Origin: Utricularia gibba
Taxonomy: Eukaryota > Plantae > Magnoliophyta
DNA: 64,000 nt
Reading direction: 5' to 3'
Assembly (NCBI GenBank): GCA_002189035.1
Contig: NEEC01000004.1
Coordinates: forward strand, 3,038,001 to 3,102,000
Shown: one piece after another, positions 55,272 through 64,000 of the stretch
How positions within the stretch are numbered: position 1 is the first letter of the stretch
Layout: the number at the start of each line of letters is the position of its first letter
The notes under the pieces: model-generated
What the model saw: only the letters and a program-made list of their open reading frames with translations
What the model was told of the DNA's origin: nothing
Databases searched by the model: none
Made by a program: the position numbers and the translations under genes

Positions 55272-55640
55272 TCATGTTAATATAATAAATGCTTAGTACG
55301 TTAATATATTAAGCATTTATCTATTTCAAAAAAGTATGTATTTCAAAATATATACTATTTTTAATCAATAGTATAAAGTCATAAAAATATAAAAAGCATG
55401 AATATTTAGTCATGTTTACTATTTTATAAAAATATCTATTTTTATTGTCACATTAATATAATAAATGTTTATTACATCAGTATAATAAGCATTTATTTAA
55501 TGGAAAAAAGTATCTATTTCAAAATATATACTGTTTTTAGTCACTAATATAAAGTCACTAAAAATGTAATAAGCATTTTTTAGTCATGCTTCGTATTTTG
55601 AAGAAGTATCTATTTCTAGTGTCACGTTAATATAATAATT
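55272..55640. repeat. About 175-bp AT-rich tandem repeat, about 2.1 copies
   Basis: TCA(T/C)(G/A)TTAATATAATAA recurs at 55272, 55448 and 55622, with shared internal blocks such as AAAAAAGTAT(G/C)TATTTCAAAATATATACT. Confidence 0.8.
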
Positions 55641-56286
55641 TAATTTTTAAAATATATACTAATTTAAGGAAATCATAAAAAGTATTAGTAATTTCGAAAA
55701 TGGAAAAGAATTTTTAAAATATTACTAAGAACTTTGAAATAAAAATTCTGAAACATAGTTCTAAAAATTTGAATAATCATGAAAGAGATTTTTTCAACCA
55801 CAAAATGACCATATTGTAGGAGTTTCCACCCCTCAATATTATCTTTTAAGTGAATCTTTATTTGATTCGATAATGTCTTCTATTTTCTTGTTTTTTGGAC
55901 TATCCACTTGGTATGTCCTTTCTTGATGCGATTAATTAACCTCAAAGCACACGAACTAAAATCATATAAAATTTCGATTGTGGCTCATAGAATATGTAGT
56001 CGCCTTATGCAGCCAGCCTCACATAAAATCGAGCAAAATTTTAAATAAAATATAAAATTTAATTAAAAAACTAACATCCAAATAGCTCTGCCACTGGCGT
56101 GCGGCATACCCTTCTTGACCAATCCCGGTTAACTTTTCAAACGTTGATAAATTAAATGCGCTGTTTTAATAAAACATTTAAATTATTATTTTTAAAACGT
56201 CTATTTACTAGCATGATTGCAGGGGCCAGTGTTTTTTTTCAACGTATAGGAGGGGGACGGGGACGGGGAACATCCTGTCTTCTCCG

Positions 56287-57505
56287 ATGGACGAAGACTA
56301 TTTCGAGAAACTCCTTGAAGGAGAAATGACCAGATTCATCAAGGTATGGACCATCGCCTTGCTCGGCATCACATGGTGCTACTTCGCGGGGAAGCTCTTC
56401 TCCAAGGGGTGGCCACGCCTCGCCGCCGTGATCCCCTCCGTCGTGCTCTTCTTGTTCTTACCGCTGCAGCTCAATGCGCTCCACCTGGCAGGAACTACAG
56501 GCTTCTTCCTCTCCTGGCTTGCGAATTTCAAGCTCCTTTTGTTTGCCGTCGATCAAGGGCCTCTCGCTGCCACGCCCGGAATATCCTTTCCCCGATTCTT
56601 CGCCGTCGCTAGCTTCCCCATCAAACTATCCAATAAAAATCCATCCTACAGTCCAGGAGGAGGGACACGGGCTTGGCTCCTGTATGCCATCAAAGGTAAT
56701 GTGCCTGGCCTCGTCTTTTTCATAATCGATTGAAACACTTTCTTCTATAGATGACCACGTAATTAGTACGCGATAGTTCTAAAAAAGTTGAGGTATTTTT
56801 GTATGTGGTGCAAAGTTTGATTCCGCACCCAAATTTATGTCAGCAGGTATCTTGCTGGGGTTAGTTGTGAAGCTCTATGAATACCGGATCCATTTCAATC
56901 CCACCATCATGAATATTTTGTATACTTTGCACATGTATTTGGCTCTGGACATTATCTTGGCCATGGCTGCCGCCGGAGTCAGGGGATTGCTCGGCGTCGA
57001 GCTCGAGCCGCAATTCGACGAGCCGTATCTTTCGAATTCGCTGCAAGACTTTTGGGGTCGCCGTTGGAACATCATGGCGTCACGCATTCTCCGGCCCACG
57101 GTGTACACCCCGGTGCGTGACTGGTGTGCTCGAATCGTGGACCGGGAAATCGCTCCTTTACCGGCGGTTATATCCACTTTCTTGGTTTCCGGCCTGATGC
57201 ACGAGCTGATTTTCTACTATTTGGGCCGCATAAGGCCGACCTGGGAGGTTACTTGGTTCTTCGTATTGCACGGTGTTTGCTTGGCTGTAGAGATTATATT
57301 TAAGAAGGCGCTTAACCGCCGGTTTCCACTTCCCACGCCGGTGTCGGTCGTGATTACCATCGGATTTGTGATGCTCACCGCATTTTGGCTCTTCTTCCCG
57401 CCGTTTCTACGGATTCAGCCGGTTGAAAGAGGAGTGACAGAGATAACTGCAGCCGGAGATTTTTTAAAGTACGTGTTGGATATGGTAAAGAGTGTGAAGG
57501 GATGA
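56287..57505 (+). CDS. MBOAT-family wax-ester synthase / acyl-CoA:sterol O-acyltransferase 1-like (355 aa, 2 exons)
   Basis: join(56287..56695,56847..57505). Motifs FIKVW, FFLSWLANFKLLLFA..GPL, EPQFDEPYLSNSLQDFWGRRWN, ILRPTVY, FLVSGLMHELIFYY (catalytic His) and FFVLHG. Confidence 0.92.
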
Positions 57506-57899
57506 TGTTTTATTTGCGTGTTCACCTATATTTTCATATAATAAAATAATTTATAGTTCTCAAATTTAATAGAAAATTTGGTTATGTGATGAGAAAGTAA
57601 TATAAATAAGTGTTCCAAAATATTTTACTGATTATTTCTAATTTCCAAAAAATAGAAAGTAGAAATAGAAATAATTTATAGAAATTAGAAATGTTACGTA
57701 CCATAATGTTTTTGATTTTTTATCTAATCCAATGATTGTTTACTAAACATATAAACTTGACATGAAGCTCATTGCACTTTTTAGTGGTTAATTGCTAGTT
57801 GATAATGTATACTATTAAATCTCACATAAATCTTATCAAATACAAATCGTTCAATGAAACGTTATTACATAAGTTCCAGAGATTAAAGATGATGGTAAC

Positions 57900-58270
57900 A
57901 ACAACTTCTCATACCTTCCCATTATAAGCATTTCAAAGATGATCATAAATTATGTCTCGAATGGTCTCCATGAAAGTCAATTGAGATAGCATTTTATTCG
58001 GGTCATTGTATTCAGTAAGGTTAGATCCATCATCTTATGTACAAACTTGGTATATGAAGTTGTAAATACTCATAGTTGCAACTACCAAACGCACTTGATG
58101 GCATAGCTTACGGCATATCATTGACAATGAGAAAACGCTTTTCTAAAATACTAAATGTCCTTTTAATGAAAAAACATATAGCTAAATGTTTGTGGTTGAA
58201 CAACTCCTTAGGACAACTATATTCACATCTTGTTCATTGACATTTTGAGAGGTGATAATGGGTTCTACTA
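57900..58270 (+). mobile_element. Possible Gypsy integrase-core relic
   Basis: Decayed segments such as INYVSNGL and DSILFGSLYS sit in the order of SMDFVLGLP..DSIFVVVDRFSK. Very degraded. Confidence 0.25.
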
Positions 58271-58802
58271 TATGGTGTCAAGTAATCAATCATGTTGGCG
58301 AATCAATCTAGCATCAACCAAATAATATTTACCTACATTTGCAAATGTTTAGATGGAATTTATGCAAAATGTAGGCAATGAAGAAAATAAAAACTCAACA
58401 TAAATTATCAGTACTGTTTTTGCTTTATTTGTTGGATTTCACTATCGATAGGTAAATTCTTTGGTCAGAGATACCCTCAAACTTTAGTTTGATTGCCCTC
58501 GTAACTATGAGCTCTGCACCATGACCTAATCCATGATGAGCCCACCAACTTCTTGGCAAAACGCCCAAACTTTCAGGGTTTAGTGTGCAAAATTATCTCC
58601 TCTTATGTATTTAGTTTGTTGAAATGTGTTTATTATGAAAATAAGCTCAATTGGCAACAAATGAGCCAAAAACTCGCATTATTCCTCTAATCTATATTTA
58701 AGTATTAACAGGATAAAAACTAATACTGTAGCAATGCATTTTCCGCGTTAACAAGTCAAAAGGAGCAAAAAAGTTGAGAAAAAGCCACTTTTCGCCAAAA
58801 GT

Positions 58803-58891
58803 ATAAATCTTCCTTCTAGAAGCCAATGGAAAAGATGGAGATTTGAAGCATAAATCTTCCTTCTAGAAGTCAATGGAAAAGATGGAGATAA
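58803..58891. repeat. 47-bp-period tandem duplication
   Basis: ATAAATCTTCCTTCTAGAAG(C/T)CAATGGAAAAGATGGAGAT occurs at 58803 and 58850. Confidence 0.9.
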
Positions 58892-59237
58892 CTTTAATTT
58901 GAGCGGGAAAAGGAAAGAGAAAGAAGAAAGAGAGGAGGGTGAACAACAGAGCAGCGGGAGCGAGGAGAACTGTGTTTCTCCGGCAAATGGCTCCAATGAA
59001 CTTCAGATTTACATTTCTACACCATCTTTCCGTCCAAAACTTTGATTTGCAGCTGATCTACAACCCACACAAGCATTTTTTTGCACTTTCGTTGATGCTG
59101 AACTTGCTACTGTTACTTCCTGCGTTTTCATGCTTTCTATTAAATTATGTTGCCTTATTGTGAGCGAGAAATCCCATGCATACTTCATTCCAGCTTATGA
59201 ACTCATTTATGTTGAAGCCCTTCATGTTTACTTTTCA

Positions 59238-59542
59238 GGATGTAGTCTGTGTGACTGAATCAATAACTTCTACTTAATTCATAAGTAGAAGTTATTGTAC
59301 AAGTAGATATAAAATAAGTAGAAGTAGTCTATTTTAAATTAAGTAACTTATTAAATAAGTCACATTTTATCATCAACTTATGTGATAAATTGCTGAAATA
59401 GTTAAAATTGAAATAAGTTACAAATAAGTAGGAGTAGAAGTAGAAGTTAAGTTTTAGAACAAGTAGAGATATTCTGTAAAACACTTAATTTTACTTTTAC
59501 TTTAAGTCATAAGTTGTAAAATAAGTCACACAGACTATACCC
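59238..59542. mobile_element. Tourist-like (PIF/Harbinger) MITE, 305 bp
   Basis: The 19-bp TIRs GGATGTAGTCTGTGTGACT and AGTCACACAGACTATACCC match at 17/19. Flanks are TCA and TAA (TWA-type 3-bp TSD with one mismatch). The AT-rich interior has TAAGTAGAAG repeats. Confidence 0.75.
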
Positions 59543-61253
59543 TAAGTTTAATATATTATTTACTGTTTCCGTGACCCTTTGCTCTGTTTTTAAGCGTGTT
59601 AAAATTGGGTTTAAGCCTATAATCTTTATTGAGTAATACAAGAATTAGACCCTAGTGTAAAACCCAACCAATACATCCTCACATTATATTTTCTACGCAT
59701 CCTAATTATTTTATGCATTTCTTTACTCTTGAAACTTGTTTATTTTAACTAATGTTATTTTATATCTTACGTGCATGAAAGTTAAACCCTCAGAAAACTC
59801 CCATGTTTTTAGTAAATGTAAGGGACTTTAGGAAATCGCAACCATTTTTTATGCATTCAACTCTTGTTTACCACACTATATTAATTCCTGTAATTTGTAT
59901 AGTAGAATAGCTAAATTTATAAATTTCTTTTGATGTGTTGAATGTGCTAGACCGTGACATTTAGCATCCCATTCCAACGTTCATCACTTGCATAAATCGA
60001 AGTTGGGTCAAGCCTTTATTGAACTGAGCTTCGAGGTGCTTGATAAAAGCCCGGCTCAATTTCACCCCAATTTCTTACCAGGAGTAACACTCGGTAAGTT
60101 TTTTATCAATTTTTACCGAATGTTGTCAATTGAAATACCAGATTTCAGTTGTCAATCTACCGAATGCCATCGAGCGTTCTCCTTTGAGAGAATCACTAGA
60201 GTGTCATCAAATGTAACACTATTTTGAAAATTGCATAAAACACATTAGTGAAAAATGTTGAAGATGAGATAGTATTTTTAGGCATTCAACTTCATAAATG
60301 ACTATAGCACTCATGATTATATGAAATTTTCCCTAATAACGTGAAATGAAGATTGGGCAACTTTTACCAATCATTTTTTTCAAACCGAGTAAATTGGTCG
60401 GTCAAAAGTGCCATGTTAATAAAACTGTAGAACCAATTATGTTAATAGAATAAATTGTGATAATTGAAACTTAAATTATAATGTAACAGTTGTATCGATT
60501 TTGCTGAGTAAGTCAAAACTAAAAAAATGATTATTGTATTAAAACTATAATGATTACTTTTGCTAAAATACAAAAAGAGTTAGACTAAAATTGCTATTTC
60601 CCATTGGAAATCTTTTGGAGTTTGTACATTGGAAGAAGATGGAAGATTTCATAGAGCCTACGCTACAAAGCACTCCTTTTGCGTTGTGAAAGCTCGAGGG
60701 CCTACCCGCACCAGCCTGGACTCTTATATGATGGACCATTCGATGGCAATGCTTATCCAGACATTGCATTAAAGATACTGCCAATTTGGTGGGGAATGCA
60801 TCAGAAGTCAAGCTAGAATTGAGCAAGTCATCTGTGGTTACCATCTCAAACGTGGCCTCAGAATGCTTGATCCTGATGTTCAAGGCACCCCCAGGGCAGT
60901 CTAAATTTTACAAAAATGTTGGGAAGCTCATGATGCATATCAAGGAAAGAATGTCGCATATTAAGTAAAACTCTGGCTGTGAGCAAACCCAAGAGGTGGG
61001 CATGCATCCCTTGAATGGCATTGGCTTGATAGCATAGCCACTGCAGGGCATAGAAGCCAACCCAACCAATCAAAGTGCTCCACATGCCGAGGCAATCACA
61101 TCAGATCATCTTCTTCCTATTCGATACAACCGATCTGGTGCACGTCTGAAGTAAAATCAAGCAATGGCCATGGCGGATGGATCTCACTGCTGTAAATTTT
61201 CTGCGTACTTCCACCAACCTTCATGTAATTGATGAAGCATGTCGCTGTTGCGG

Positions 61254-62421
61254 TGATAACACATATTTTTAAGTGGCTCAATGCATGGAATTTACTCATT
61301 TTATGCTACAAAAATTAAGCTTAATTGCCTGTTTCTATATTTTTGCACATAAGTACTGTAGGAGTGCACTTTTAGTCTTAGTTGGGACTAAATCGCAATT
61401 TAGTCCCAACCTTTTAACAGTTCCTTTCGAGCAATGCAGCATGGGTCGCAACACAAATCCCAAGGAGCCGAGTATGAACAGTGTGGTGGCAGTAAAGGTG
61501 ACAGAAGTCTGAAGAAGAGTACACGCAAAGCCCAAGGAGGGGAGAAAGGAAGATTTTGGACAAAAAGGGAGGAAAGGTGGAGAGAGAAGTAGATCTCCCC
61601 TTGGAGACTCACGAACACAATTTCTGGGAAGGATTTCTGGGGAAGAAGAAGAAGGAAGACAAACAAGAACGAAGCTGAAGTTCAAGATTATTTTCTGTCT
61701 TCGAAGAACATTACTCCTAGCTAAGAGTAGCTAGTGACGTTTTTCAGTTTTTGTTGACACTTCACATTACTTGTTTGTTTGCTTTCTGGTATTTGACTGT
61801 GAAATGAGCACACTGAGGGTGATGTTTTCTTTTCCACTTTCATTTACCTTAAGCATGAGTGGCTAAGTACTTAGGGGGGTGCCTTGGGGTAAAAAGGGGA
61901 GAAACATGTTAATCAACCTTTAGATCTAAACAGCCATGAGTCACGCCACTTCCTTAACAAACTAGGATAGATCCAGGAGGGGGAAATAGTGAAACCCAAC
62001 TTAACAACCCTAATTAGAGGTAGACCAAAGATTAGGGGGAAAAACAAGAATCCGGGTAGACCTAGATCTTGTGAGTTAGTTGTATGATTTGTGGTTTGTG
62101 TGAGTTTGTTTAGTGATGAGCATACATCCTCTAGGAGTCCCAAGGCATCACCCATTCCATTCCAGAAACAACCGAACTCCAGAACTTGTTATTTTTATTT
62201 ACTGTATTTCGTTTTAGTTCTGCCTTACTCCTAGCTAAGACCAATTTTACCAACGTGACACTAGTTTCGTGCGTCAACTTTCACATAGCAAGCACCTGCT
62301 CTTCGTGTTCGACCCTAATCACTATGCTCATAATTGTTTTATGCTTGAATGTGGGTTAGGTTATAAATTTATTTGATAGGAAAATTTGCAATTAACGACT
62401 TGCACAATTTTTCGTTTATCA
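61254..62421 (+). mobile_element. Athila-like solo LTR (copy E) with 5-bp TSD TGCGG
   Basis: Termini TGATAACAC...CGTTTATCA. TGCGG is present at 61249-61253 and 62422-62426. It aligns along its length with the reverse complement of copy D. Confidence 0.93.
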
Positions 62422-62449
62422 TGCGGGCTATAGTAATGTCTCTGATTCA

Positions 62450-64000
62450 AGCCGAACTGTTGTGGCTAGTGCAGTTGGACACGCAAGAAAGAGCAGCAGG
62501 ACCATACCTGAACAAACGGCAAATGAGATTGACGAGAACAAGAAGCAAAATATCTTGTTTGGAGGTTTCCATGAAAATCGCTCTATATAAGAGTTCATTG
62601 CAACAAGCTACTAATGTATCTGAGAAAAATCAAGACAAAGAATGGAACCTTTTAGCCTCCCTAATATCTCCTGCAATTTCTTCCTTTTTATCATGGTATC
62701 AGAGCAGGTTATTTCATCTTCCTCTTGCTCTCCCTAAACACATGGGAGACAATCATTCTGAACCTCATCAATCCATAGACGGTGATGGTCCTCCACCAAG
62801 TGAGAACTCTCACTCCTCTGGGTCTTCTTCCATAATCTCTCAGGAAGTTATTGCCAGCATTAGAAAACCCAAATCAATCACTTGTCACTAATCTCCTTAC
62901 ACCAAGAAATTACAACCTCTGGTGTAAAAGTGTGCGGGTTGCTCTTAGGGCAAAGAAGAAAATGGCACTCATTGACGGAAGACTCCCAATGCCAAACGAA
63001 AGCTCCAAACACTATGATGATTGGATGCAGGCAGATGCCATGGTTCTAGCATGGCTCATGAGTTGGATCTCCCCAGACCTCCATGCCTCCTTTAGTAATT
63101 GTGAAACTTCCAGAGAGCTTTGGTTGGAACTCAAAGAAAAATATGGAAGTAGTAATGGGCCTCTCCTATATGAGCTGCGACGGGATCTTGCAAACTTGGT
63201 ACAAGGAAGCTCGACAGTTCATGATTATTATACAAAGCGTAAGGTGCTTTGGGAAGACTACACTGCAGCTCTCCCACCTGTGATGTGTACTTGTGGTTGT
63301 GGTGTTCAAATGCCGGTTATAGATGTGCTGAAAAACACCTTCACTATGGACTTTCTTATGGGACTCAGTCCTGAATTTGAGGTCATTCGCAGCCAAATCA
63401 CTCTTATGCGCCCTATCCCATCTATGAGTGAAGTTCTTCAAATGGTGTTGACCGCAGAAAAGCATAAACAAATCAATGATCTTATGACTTCTAAGATGTA
63501 GCACAGCGCTATGGCAATCCAAAGGAGGGATAAGAGATCAGCCCTCACTGCTAGGAAGCAAAACTGGAACACTGTGGACAAACGCAAAGAGTACAATACC
63601 GCATCTTCCACAAGAAAAGTTTATAAAAAATGCAATTTGTCTTCTTGGAGGACAAAATCAAGACACCTGCTTCTTAATTCATAGGGTATCGGATTTCTTC
63701 AAAGAAAAACATGGAGATGAATGGCCCAAAATCTGGAACAACCAGTTACAAAAAATCATGGAGTTAAAAGGAAAGGAGCAGGAATGTAACAATTTAGAAG
63801 GCGAAATTGAATCCTCTGAGTTAACCGAACAAGCAGTCAACCATCTTCATCTCTCAGGTACTGGAAATAATGCTCAATTGCTTAACAATGCAACTTGGGT
63901 TGTGGATACAGGAGCCACCACCCACGTCTGTCATCAAAGGGAGCTCTTCACAAATATTTGGCTGCTCCCCTCAACTGTGGAAATTCATCTTCCTAATGGG
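62450..64000 (+). mobile_element. Ty1/Copia retrotransposon 5' part (LTR end, PBS, gag, protease), degenerate and cut by the window edge
   Basis: TATA-like CTCTATATAAGAG, LTR end ..TCA at 62693, and PBS TGGTATCAGAGC at 62694-62705. Gag reads ENPNQSLVTNLLTPRNYNLWCKSVRVALRAKKKMALIDG..DAMVLAWL..RELWLELKEKYG..FLMGLSPEFEVIRSQI. Protease reads WVVDTGATTHVC near 63895-63930. Frameshifts and stops are present; the LTR start is not fixed. Confidence 0.9.
62694..62705 (+). promoter_or_regulatory. Primer-binding site complementary to initiator tRNA-Met
   Basis: Exact TGGTATCAGAGC directly after the LTR-terminal CA and upstream of gag. Confidence 0.9.

Overview
AT-rich eudicot plant nuclear DNA; no rRNA, intact tRNA or CRISPR array seen. 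There are seven apparently intact genes: thiolase II/AACT (-), a TPK two-pore K+ channel (-), an OBERON1/2-like PHD protein (+), a PAT1-branch GRAS factor (+), MO25/CAB39 (-), RopGDI (+) and an MBOAT wax-ester/sterol acyltransferase (+). They are separated by decayed transposons: Athila-like LTRs (three solo LTRs with perfect 5-bp TSDs, two 3' LTRs still attached to internal sequence), Gypsy gag/pol relics, PIF/Harbinger relics, a Tourist-like MITE, a MULE-like element and a Copia 5' end cut by the window edge. The strongest unexplained signal is at both Athila-like internal/3'-LTR junctions (8684-8704 and 22948-22968). There the usual G-rich polypurine tract is absent, and a 17-nt copy of the 5' end of tRNA-Asp(GTC) ends exactly at the LTR's first base. 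It is preceded by TGGY, so its start also mimics the tRNA-Asp primer-binding site. This suggests a tRNA-related plus-strand priming or strand-transfer signal. The same LTRs carry a hairpin at a fixed +127 offset, whose loop is inverted between two copies. All family assignments come from motif recall and manual translation, not database searches.
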